Source: Fimbriosthenelais zetlandica (taxonomy: Eukaryota). Taken from it: a stretch of DNA of 64,000 nt. The position numbers and the translations under genes are program-made. Location of the stretch: assembly GCA_977030845.1 (NCBI GenBank), contig OZ365110.1:10540001-10604000 (forward strand), given 5' to 3'. The notes beneath the pieces were generated by a model. It saw nothing but the letters and a program-made list of their open reading frames with translations, was not told the origin of the DNA and searched no databases. How positions within the stretch are numbered: the stretch's first letter is position 1; each line of letters opens with the position of its first letter. Shown here one piece after another: positions 1 to 10,413 of this stretch.

Positions 1-71
1 ATTAATTATATATTATTAAAGGGAAATGGTAGGGTAGCGCACGTAATATCATTTAGATGGGAAAAAAGCAT

Positions 72-153
72 AGGCCATGCCTAGATTCGAACCATCAACA
101 TGAATATTCCAAAACTCAGAAGACATGCACCCAAACCACTTGGCCATGCAGCC
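72..153 (-). mobile_element. Degenerate tRNA-like sequence (SINE head or tRNA pseudogene)
   Basis: Minus strand reads GGCTGCATGGCCAAGTGG...GATGGTTCGAATCTAGGCATGGCC: A-box-like TGGCCAAGTGG and B-box GGTTCGAATC at tRNA-like spacing. The cloverleaf is not clean. Confidence 0.5.
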
Positions 154-601
154 AGATGGTTGATCCTATCATATAAATGGGTGCACTAGGTATGATTCCA
201 TAAAACTAGTGGTGGAAGCAAAGACTGACAGTATAATTATTTTAGTCCTGGACTTGTAAAACAGGTTCCTGGACCAGCAAATATCACGCAGTTTGAAAAT
301 GGACTCTTCCATTCACAGTGGGGTTCCTTAGTTTAATAATCTCACATATTTTACATAAAGAAAATTTAAAAAGCAACACCGACAATCCTGACCAGGTATT
401 TGAAGATATTTAGTCTATTTTTCTTCAATTCTTAAGTTATTCTATACAGCATAGGCATAATGAACTTCAGTTCCAACCTGAAGCCCCTTTTCTACTAATT
501 TAGAAAAAGGACAGAGGATAAAAGGACAGAGTTGACCAGCTGAGATCACAGCTCTTTCAGAGCATCAATCCTTCACATCTACCAACCAAGATCAACTCAA
601 C

Positions 602-3600
602 ATGTGGCGCTGTCTAGCATTGTGTTTGACTTTGCTCGTCGCCTATGGCGTTGGTAAGTTATTATTCCTTGGCAAATGCCTTTTTGCCTATTTTCTACTT
701 GGGCCAATTTAGGTTGATTTAGTTTTTATGTAAAATGGTAACTGCGATTTTAAAATAGGGGGCATTCTGCAAAATAAAGGCCTATATTACAGGATGTAAT
801 TGTCTCAATATTTTTTTATTCAGAGAGCCGGTCTTTATTTGGTATCCGGGAGATATCCACTAAGCCTATAGTGGATATGACCGAGCTTGAGGTTGGGCAG
901 CTGGCTGCCGCCCTACAGGAAGTGTGGAGGACGACCGCCGCTGGAATGACCTGTCCTGAAAGGGCCAAGAATACTATTGCTTTTGGTAATTAATTAAGAG
1001 ATAAACTCTCTATTATACTCAGTTACTCAGTTTTGCCATCAATTCCACATGATTTGGAATCGAAAATTAAACTGATGCTAATTTGAATGCTTTGATTACA
1101 GGATTTATGTACCCCAAGGTTGTCGTTAGTAAGGCTGTGATCCACCGTATGGCGTTAAAGTCTGTAGCCTTTGTACCGGCTGGAGCTGAGGTCCACATTG
1201 CTGCACTGATTACTGATGCCGTCAATGGCTACTTTGCTCCTGTGCATAACATAGCAGGATACCCAGCTATGTCCAGTGGTAAGCCCTTGCTTCATTTAAA
1301 GGTTTAATTTGAACATGTAAAATAATTAGCATGGCCCTGAGCAATGTTATATATGCAAATACTACAGGTTTCGGTGGAGTGAGTGCTGGACTACATGATT
1401 TAGTCAAGATGGCAGTTGAGGCACCCGAGAGTGTAATGTGTCCTGAAATCGTGGAGCGTTTTGAAGAAATTGTGTCGTCAGTAGCATCTGTACCCTGTGC
1501 TGAAATGATTGGAGAAACCCAGCTGTGGAGCATTATGGAAGAAACTGATGCAATGCTTGGAATGTGAGTAACTGCTGTGAAACGCTGGTCGATGATATTT
1601 AATTCGAGTTGAAATTATTAGCTCACCAAATATAGACTTAATATAGCGAGTAGTATAGAATTACTCTATCCTTTAATAGGGGTAAAGGTGTCATTGGAAC
1701 CCCAGTTATGGGACGAATCACTGCTGCTGTGAAGGCCATCGTAGTTGACCCAGCCCTCACCCCAATTGTAACACGGGACATAATTAGGACCATTCACTAT
1801 ATCGTCCATGGAATCCTGGCCAATGCTGATCACATTGCTCTGACCCTTCCCCAAAGACTACCTATTGGTAGCTTCCTCCACAATATCGGTAAGATCCTTA
1901 AACTAAGTTGCTCAGCCTAATGTTAGAAGCTATCGGATAAGTAGCCTATATGTCTTACTCTATGGCATTTGCCATACGGAAATGTCAACTATCACAGAAT
2001 TCATTGGGAATGGACTCGCTGTTGACCTTATTGCTCTTTCTTATACAGTGGGTATGATCCGACCAAATGCAGGCTTCATTAAAGTGGCTCCAGAAATGGC
2101 TTTCACCGGCATGGCTCCAGAAATGGCTTTCACCGGCATGGCTCCAGAAATGGCTTTCACAGGCATGGCTCCAGCTGTCATGGGAGATCCATCTATGATG
2201 GGAGCTCTGGCTCCAGCTGTCATGGGACATCCATCTATGATGGGAGCTCTGGCTTCAGGCATGAGATACCCTGTTATGGGAGCTGACATTGCTGCTTCTG
2301 GACTTAACTTCCCGCCAATCACTGATCCCTGCTTTCCTTACATCAAGGCTGCCTACCATGCGGGTATGTACAAAGAATTATTGTGCTGAATTTAGATGAC
2401 TAACAAACGACAAATTTAATATCTAGTTTCTTTGTGAAGAAGTTAACTGAAAACTGATGAATTTCTGATGCAGCGTTAATAAGGACCGTGGGTATCATGC
2501 ATGAGAAGGCCATTAAGATTGCAGTACCAGGGATTAACATTGGTATTGCAACAGCTCCATTTGCCAATGACTGGATCGCACAAGAACTTACTGCTCATAA
2601 TGCTGTTAATGGTAAGCAACCAGGTTTATTATGATGGCGTTATTAGAATAGAACTATGTGAATACGAAATTTAATAGAACTATGTGAATACGAAATTTAA
2701 AACCTACTACTGACTCTTTTCAATACTTTGTAGCTCTTGCCATTGTGAGGAAGATGTCGTGGATGGCTGTGAGGGCATTGACTGTACTACAGGAGGAAGG
2801 CGGGCTGACAGAACCAGCTGTCATTGGGGTTTTCAACCACATCATTGCTGCCATCAGACCTGGTGCAATCTGCCATGTAGAAGCAGGAATTCTAGTTTCG
2901 GCCGTCAACTCGGCAATCGTCCACTTCGAAAAAAGGTAACCAATTATAAGGTGTAGCCCCAAGGGCATATATATAATTGGACAGCATGTGACATTAGTTT
3001 AAATTTAGCTTTAACTTCACTAAATTTGTAACTTTTTTGCTTTGTATGGTTAGTGTGGCAATTGGTGTACCCAATATGATCGCCATGCACTATGGAGGAG
3101 CTGTTCCAGCCATCACCAAAGCTAAGGTGGGTTGTCTACATGCTTGAATACAATTACATGGTAAGCCCTTGACTTATATTTTTGAATATTTGTATTTGAT
3201 TTTATGCAGATTGTGCAAGTTGTGGCCCCAATTGTCGAAGCATGTAGTGCTGTGATAAATGCTGTCAAGGTTGAGACTGTGAGCAATATCATTAGCAACA
3301 AACCAATTGTGGGCATTGCCAATGCATGGGGCTTGATGTGGACTGCAGCCAAACCTTCACCTGCAATCTTTGGTGAGCTTTGTTTAAAATGAAGACTAAA
3401 ACAATGGTAGATGCTTTGGGTATTGGTGTATGTCCAGTTGCACTTACTTTGATAGGCATTTCATGAACAACTGTTAATTTTGTTGCAGAACCTACAGTAG
3501 CCACAGTACTAGCTGCACACGCTTTGACCGGCTATGAACCCTTGGCATCCATTCCTCCATATGTTCTTGGACAAATTGTTGCCCCTTTTGTAAAGGAGAT

Positions 3601-5488
3601 TGCAGTGGCGATTCCTGTGTCTTGCCAGAAGACCATCGCTGCAAGGTTTGCTGCAGGTAGGTAAAAGTGACCAACTGACATTGTATTGTGTTGCCAGACT
3701 TGTGCCAATAATATAGTTCGTACTGCCGTGATTTACCACTGAAGGTAAATTATTACCCTTGCAGGATTCCTACCCACATTCATCAAAAGTAGCTTCATCA
3801 CAGCCCGAGTATCTGTAACCAGCATCCTACACAAGGCCATAGCCAACAACTACATGACGATGCCAGTCAGTGAAGCAGAAATTGACACAGCTGTGACGGC
3901 ATTCTTTGCCCAAAAAGAGGCTGATATCGTATACCACTTAGCAACCATTGCAGGTGAGAAATATTAGCCAATTAAATGTTAGAGAATCAAGGGCATCTAG
4001 ACCATGAATAAAAGGACAAACTGGCACCGAATCAGCAGGTGAAACTTGTAGCCAGAGAATTTAAATTCAAGAAATCTAACAATTATATTTCAGATACGGC
4101 TCTTACTCCACTAGCTTCTACTTTGCCCATTGATTGGAGCACAGCCACAGTTGCTAGTGTCTTGCCAGTAGTGAAGGCCCATGTGACGGCTGTAGTGAAG
4201 AAGGAAGTGGCGGCATGTGGGACTGTAACGCCAGCTATTACAGCATGGGAGAAAGTGGTCCTTGTTGACTTGCCTGCCAGGTAGGTAGTAGCAACTGAAA
4301 TAACTAGTATTTGTAAATGAGGGGAAACTGATATGGCAAAATGACAACTTTCAGCTAGATTTACTAAAACTTATTCTCTGGACACTTAGTGTCAAGAGGA
4401 ATTTTATAACTTATAAAGTCAACAGCAATTGAAAGCATTTCCCTTAACAGGATTCGGGCTGCATTTGGACCGACAGCTGTGAGAGGATGGTTATCGGGCA
4501 TTGTTGGGACCGATATGGCAACCATTGCTGGCATCGAGGCTCGAGTAATGGCACCATTTGAGGCCTTGGTAAATGATGTGGCGGTGGCACTAAAACCAAT
4601 TGCTACCATGGAAGACGAGGCCATCGTTCGTAACTGGTTTGTGAAACAAATTGGTAAGTATCTATTGCATATAGTAACAAATTACAAGCCAAACCTAAGA
4701 CCATGAATTTAGGTTGCATTATAATTTGATATCTATTATTGCAGTAATGCACATGGCTGGACCCTGTGCTTTAACTGGATCTTGTGGAGGAATTGGTGCC
4801 CCTGTCATGACCGCTGATGCTGTTTACACCCATCCCATCATTGCTAAATTTGGTACCAAATATGCTGAAATGTGAGTATGACAAAGTCTATGATCCGAAC
4901 GCATGGAAACTGTCTAGAACTGCCTGATTGAATTCATGATGAATGATAATTTGTTTCATTGACAGTTTGAGTCGAGCTCTGGCCAGCAGCACGACCAAAA
5001 TGGTTACCGCAGCAGAGATTGAACCAATTGTTGTTAATGTGGTTAAGAAGATTGTGGCCATCAACAGTTCTACTCTAGGTAAGTAGATTATGTAGAATAT
5101 TGTATTTATGCCATACAAATGATGCTTCAATGGGAACCTTTGCACATCATAATGGACATTTATGTACTTATTTTAGTGCCTTTTGGATTGAGTGTGGCCC
5201 CTGTTGGGAGAATATTTGCTACCCCTGGCTTTATCAATGAATTCCAAATGAGGTAAGATCTTGATTAGTAAATTCTGGTAGCTAAAAGACATATTTCACA
5301 AAAGGTTAATGCTACATCCACATGATTAACTGAAATTAAAATCAATTGAAACTGGTCTTTTCAGCCTTGGCACACAGATCATGCCCATCACAGCCATTCC
5401 TGCCAACATCCTCAGGGTGCATATTGCAGAAGCCTACATCAAGACTGTACACAGCCTTGGACTACCAGCCATACCAGCCCTCTATTAG
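602..5488 (+). CDS. Secreted Ala/Val/Ile/Pro/Met-rich protein of unknown family, 18 coding exons, 974 aa
   Basis: Exons 602-653, 824-985, 1102-1278, 1368-1563, 1680-1888, 1998-2363, 2474-2611, 2734-2935, 3054-3126, 3210-3372, 3489-3656, 3765-3953, 4094-4280, 4451-4653, 4745-4871, 4966-5078, 5177-5252, 5365-5488. All introns are GT-AG and phase-compatible; 2925 nt open to TAG. The N-terminus MWRCLALCLTLLVAYGV is signal-peptide-like. AATAAA at 5601-5606. Confidence 0.9.
2095..2250 (+). repeat. Coding tandem repeats in exon 6: 27-bp (MAPEMAFTG) x3 and 42-bp (APAVMGxPSMMGAL) x2
   Basis: Visible directly in the DNA and in the translation of ORF 1982..2389. Confidence 0.9.
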
Positions 5489-5678
5489 ACGACTTTATGT
5501 ACAGTAACTGTATGTAACTGTTACTGGACTCGTGCTTGACTGGAAGCTTTTAACCATTCATAAGTGGATTCACTTAGTCGTGTGTAAATACAAATGGCAT
5601 AATAAACTGAAAGCAAACCAAATTACTGACTTGCACTTTATCACAGACTGGCATCCCATGATACGATTAATAAAAAGG

Positions 5679-5898
5679 AGGGAGTTGGTTAGAGCGCCAA
5701 CTCGTACACTTTTGTACATAATGTTCTAGAGCACATGCACCTAGAAATATCCATTGCACAGAAGGCAATGTAGCAATGCACTTAGCAAGAGCCCCCAGCT
5801 GAAAATCATACGAAAACTTGATTAATCAAGAGTGTGAGCTGGTATTCACCCATAACGGGCTCTATAAAAATTCTAACTAAATTCTAACTAAAAAAAAA
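5679..5898 (+). mobile_element. tRNA-derived SINE, internally deleted copy
   Basis: Matches the body and tail of the full copy at 27827-28131 (TTCTAGAGCACATGCACCTAGAA...GGCTCTATAAAAATTCTAACTAAAAA). Part of the A-box and the B-box region are missing. Confidence 0.85.
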
Positions 5899-7131
5899 CG
5901 TGGACATTTGAGTAGAAGGAACCTTAATTAAATAGATTAATTAAATGTTGTATCGAGATCAAGTATTGAACTGCCTTGGCAAATGTGAGGCTTAATCCAT
6001 GTCATTGTCTCTTAATGGACAATGAGGTGCACTTTGAATCGAATCAAGGTCGGGTGTTCGATAGTGATTTTCTATTTAGTTTGCATTTGTGGAATAACAT
6101 GAATACCACTGCATCGGGGGGGGGGGGGGGTAATTAACATATCTTCCTTTAACCAGTTAAGATTTAATAGCATAAAGTAAAATTTTGCATGTAAGAAAAT
6201 GTAAACATTACTCTTTAACAGTAGGGTAGGCCCTAGAATAGCTATTCCTACATAAACTCGGTGTCAGCTATGCAGTGCCCACTCGTACATCTCAAAAGGC
6301 GACATTGAGATTCTACATGCATGCTTCTCGCCATACAGTATAATTTTACATATTGTTGGCCTTTCTACAATATCCCATTAAGCTAGACTGGGGTGGAAGT
6401 TGTGAGGGCAAACAATTAAGTGGACCTGTACATAATAATGAACAAGGGTACTATTTAAAAAGAATGTAGAATTGTACTGGGCGATTTCAGTTTTATTCCA
6501 TCATGTGGGAAAGGCTTAAATTCACATGGAAAATAAATAAAAGTGAATATAAGTCAAGGAGTTGTATGTGTATTACACCAAGGTAGTCCTGCTTAATAAG
6601 ATGCTTAAGAATAAATGTTTGTTATAAATACTCGGCAAAACATCATGGAATCTATATGCATAAAATAGGAAAAGGGTAAAATATAGAAACAAATCTTTAA
6701 AAATGTCTAAGGTTAATTAAATATATTAATAGGCGGGGAGTAGCAGAACAATTTTATAGTGGACCAGCAGATCCTTGTCCAGGAGGGGACAGAAACATAT
6801 ATTAACCCAACTCGGGTGCTCATTAAATTGGGGCTTAATTATCTCTGCCTCGTTATCTCTGGCAACATGTTCCCTTGGCTACTATAATTTTCCTTTGTTT
6901 TTATGTCCTTTCTTATGTTAAGTATGTATCTCAAGACGAGAACTCATAGGTTCCCAATTATTATTATGTACAGCGATCAATAAAAATTGGCCTGGAGGAT
7001 CAGTCAAGATGGGAAAGTCCTCATCATAAAAATAATCAAAGTCTGGCAAAAGTCCCCTTAGCCTGGAGGGTCAGTGGAGATGGGAAAGGTCTCATCATCA
7101 GTAAGGATTGTTTGTCAGGCTAGGCCCCTGT

Positions 7132-7506
7132 CGGTGTAACAATTTCACATTATCACCTCACATTATGTCCCTCCCAGGAATTTGAAAACGTTTTCAAATT
7201 CCCCCCAGGAATATAAAAACGTTTTCAAATTACCGAGGGGGGAATGTGAAAACTGTTCTCAGATTCATGCCCCCATTTTTACACCAATCCCCGCGGAATT
7301 TGAAAATTTTTCAAAATACCCTCCCCAACCCACCAGGAATTTCAAAAGGTTTTGAAATGTATAAAAGGGGGTTAATTGAAGGCAGAATGTTTGGGAAACA
7401 TCTAAAACAATCTCCTATGTTTTCATCTTCCTGCTGGGAGAATTTGAAAAGGTTTTCAAGTTCCTGGGGGTAACTTGAATAGAGGCGATTCCAAATTGTT
7501 ACACCG
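7132..7506. mobile_element. MITE-like element with 14-bp TIRs and internal palindromes
   Basis: CGGTGTAACAATTT (7132-7145) and AAATTGTTACACCG (7493-7506). Repeated internal palindromes such as GGAATTTGAAAACGTTTTCAAATTCC. No clear TSD. Confidence 0.7.
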
Positions 7507-7519
7507 GGTCTGTCTTTTC

Positions 7520-8530
7520 AGTCACGTGAGTCACCAGTCAGGTGACCTAATTTGCTTCTCATAAACGCGCGACCTTTCAGCTCAGAAGTTCTCTGGACAC
7601 AAGACGATTCAGACATACGAGGACTCAGCTAGTGGGTATTTCAAATGTAAGTATATATAACGTTTCATTCTGTTACATTTATATTCCAGGGCGTACTTAA
7701 TTGTGACTGACAGAATTCCTATTATCTCTTACTTTATGCATGACGTCTCGGATTTTGCTTTAAACATTTTCCTAAAATTTAATAATTGTTTCCTTAACTA
7801 ATGTCTGGTTTAAGATATAAGGTGAACACATGTATAGGCTACTACAGGCTACCTATTATAAAAGTATTAAATTATACCTTCATTCATTGTAATTCTTCAT
7901 ACAAATAAGGAGGTCTACACTTTGTGCACTGTACTTAATTAATTACAAAATAAGATACATGAAGTCAAAAAGCACTGATAAAAAAACCCACTGGAATTTT
8001 ATCGGGCACCACCTGGCTATGCAGTTAGATTTTCTGGTGTAGGTAGCTATATATATTTATAGTCTTTAAAGTGGTAGAGATTTGGGTGGTCAGCCCAATG
8101 CTTATCAAGTCTATTTTTGAAGGTGGTCAGGGTTGGTGTGGTGACTACACTTTCTGAATAGTTGCTTTGTTGTGGTGCGACATGATCTATTTTCGAATGA
8201 TCAATTCATAGACGGGCCTATTTAAGACGCACCTTTCAATAGTTTGAAATTTATTGACATAATTGGCATCAGGTTCTCAAACTTATAATCTTCAAAATAG
8301 TTTAGAACAAGTTTTATTCTAAAAAGGCTATGTCATGAATTTAAATTTTTTTTTTTTTGTATTTTCTCACTTTTATGTGAAAAATACAGTAAATTAGTCA
8401 TACAAAATTCCACATTTATTGACGCATTAACTTTGTCTTTTTCCAGTCACACCGCCGTCTGAGCTGATTATAATATTATTAAGAGCCAGTCAAGCCCTAG
8501 GAAAACACCTGAACCCAGCTATTCGTCAAA
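7520..8530 (+). other. Putative promoter and two non-coding exons of the transposase-derived ORF
   Basis: CACGTG/TGAGTCA at ~7523-7532; donor TCAAAT|GTAAGT after 7646; exon 8447-8530 bounded by TTTTTCCAG| and |GTAAGT; acceptor TTTTCAG| directly before the ATG at 8995. Confidence 0.5.
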
Positions 8531-8727
8531 GTAAGTGACTATTTTTTTATCGATCTTATTACTTCAAACAATTTACATAATACATAATTGTAGGCTAAAT
8601 AGGTGAGCTTGTTGGAAGAGTTACAAGTTTCAGAAATTTGGGGAACTAACTGGATAGGAGGATAGCAGGGGCAGATCCAGGAATTTTCAAAGGGGGGTGG
8701 GGGGGGGGGGGAGGGGTGGGGGGCCTT

Positions 8728-8820
8728 ACCTACAGTCTGTTCGCTCTAAGTTGATCCGAAACCACAGTACATATACAGTATGGTGGTTTCGGATTAACTT
8801 AGATTGAACAGACTGTAGGT
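8728..8820. repeat. Near-perfect hairpin / tiny MITE
   Basis: ACCTACAGTCTGTTCGCTCTAAGTTGATCCGAAACCAC ... GTGGTTTCGGATTAACTTAGATTGAACAGACTGTAGGT. A related half-arm occurs at ~44598-44630. Confidence 0.8.
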
Positions 8821-8994
8821 TATTAATATTTACTTAGCTAGTCTTTGTTAATATTGCAAGCATTGGTTGTGACTAGAAATAATATTGCTAGTCACTGGGC
8901 GATAGCGATAGTTTCACCCAGCTATCGCTTATAGGAAATCGCCTCTATGGGGCCCGGCATATAATAACTGTATGAACTGATCAACAATTTTCAG

Positions 8995-9411
8995 ATGCCC
9001 AAGAAGAAAATGGCACAAAGTAAGAGCAGCAAAAGAAGTAAAAAGAAGCGTTATCAGCAGAATTGTCAGACAAATGCTTTGGGAGATATTCAACAGAACG
9101 TCCAACCGTCCGACAGTAACAATGATGATTTGGGAGATGTTCAACTTAAAGTCCAACCGGACAGTAACGATGGCCCTTTGACATACTCAGAGGCGCATGC
9201 CATAATAAGTGCTGGCCTTCCAGGGGGACTACCTGTGCTCCGCAGTGAGTACCAGAAAACAAAATTTACGGAGGGCCTAGCTGACTGGGCCAAATCTCAT
9301 TCAGATGACGTTACTGATAAAGCTGTGAATGAGTTACTTGATATTATGCGACCATTGCGCCCGTTTCTTCCTAAAGATTCGAAAACCCTAAAAAGCCATG
9401 CATCTAACTAA
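8995..9411 (+). CDS. 138-aa ORF: basic N-terminus plus an N-terminal fragment of a CACTA/EnSpm-like transposase
   Basis: LADWAKSHSDDVTDKAVNELLDIMRPLRPFLPKDSKTL fits the LxxWAxxxxxxxxxxxxLLxILRxxxPxLPKDxRTL segment I recall at the start of animal EnSpm/CACTA-type transposases. The ORF stops immediately after it, with no catalytic domain. Confidence 0.6.
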   Translation: MPKKKMAQSKSSKRSKKKRYQQNCQTNALGDIQQNVQPSDSNNDDLGDVQLKVQPDSNDGPLTYSEAHAIISAGLPGGLPVLRSEYQKTKFTEGLADWAKSHSDDVTDKAVNELLDIMRPLRPFLPKDSKTLKSHASN

Positions 9412-9471
9412 TGTTATGTTGCTGGAGGTAGATATGTGCATTTAACCACCAAGAGCGTACTGGCTACTTTT

Positions 9472-9783
9472 AAATGAGCGTTTGTAAATCGTGAGAGAAA
9501 ATGAGCGTTTGTAAATCGGGTGAGAAGATGAGCGTTTGTAAATCGGGAGAGAAAATGAGCGTTTGTAAATCTGGAGAGAAAATGAGCGTTTGTAAATCGG
9601 GAGAGAAAATGAGCATTTGTAAATCGGGTGAGACAATGAGCGTTTGTAAATCGGGTGAGAAGATGAACGTTTGTAAATCGGGTGAGAAGATGAACGTTTG
9701 TAAATCGGGTGAGAAGATGAACGTTTGTAAATCGGGTGAGAAGATGAACGTTTGTAAATCGGGTGAGAAGATGAACGTTTGTA
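9472..9783. repeat. 27-bp minisatellite, ~11.5 copies
   Basis: Unit GAGAAGATGAACGTTTGTAAATCGGGT. Early units carry ATGAGC and late units ATGAAC. It explains the repeat ORFs 9442..9849 and 9501..9914. Confidence 0.95.
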
Positions 9784-10086
9784 CAGCGCGTGCTTTGGGC
9801 TTAGATCAGGAGAGACAATCAAACTCCTATCTGTTTTCATGTGATCCAATGATTACCCAAGGTTTTCAAGTTTCAGGAACAAACCTTAGTATAGTGTTTA
9901 TCTGCAGTATGTAGTAGTAAGGTATCTAGGGGGGATCCTAGGGGAGGGTGGACCCCCTGCGCACCCCCCCCCCCCCCCAACCACACTCCACCCTCTAAAT
10001 CCACGCCGCCTATCTAAGTATAATATCTAGTCTCGTACATGTATTAAGATACAAGTAGACAATAGACCTGGTAACAAATAACAGGG

Positions 10087-10309
10087 TGTTGTACAAGTAA
10101 ATCGTCAATGGCGAGGGTCGGCGAGGGTATATGCTCGTCGAGCGATTGTATTGTACATGCGAATTTTTAAGAAAAACAGTGCTTGGACAATGCAATATCA
10201 AGCAATTGCCCACGCAATTTTTTTCAAGAGAACTGTACTTGAACAAAGCAAACGCTCGACGAGGTTGCCCTTGCCGAGCCTCGCCATTGACGAGGTTCTT
10301 TGTAAAACA
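10087..10309. mobile_element. Palindromic non-autonomous element (TGTTGTACAAG / CTCGCC family)
   Basis: Inverted ends TGTTGTACAAG...CTTTGTAAAACA with internal GGCGAGGG/CCCTCGCC inverted motifs. Related copies at 37692-38073, ~36780-36875 and ~40700-40790. Confidence 0.7.
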
Positions 10310-10413
10310 GGGGGATAGTAGAGTGCGAAGTTAATTTCCATGAAAATGGCGGTGCGTAGATATCCGTACATCAGTTTAGTTATAGTTGTTTAAAAGACCG
10401 GTATAGGACTTAC

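Noticed and set aside
1971-1997. Apparent non-canonical acceptor (CGG) before ORF 1982
   Set aside because: A canonical in-frame CAG| at 1995-1997 gives exon start 1998, so no anomaly is needed.
6290-6430. Possible missing PLAT exon (minus strand ...KIILYGEK...)
   Set aside because: The resemblance is limited to about 6 residues. The phase-1 frame from the nearby acceptor stops early and the other PLAT motifs are absent.
6985-7100. Two ~37-bp direct repeats reading D(E/D)xFPIxTDPPG on the minus strand
   Set aside because: A stop lies between the units, and there is no credible splice path or recognisable family.
9442-9914. Repeat ORFs MSVCKSGEK / YKRSSSHPI as protein-coding genes
   Set aside because: They arise from a 27-bp unit. 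I found no phase-compatible splice into the RP1-like gene and no homology.
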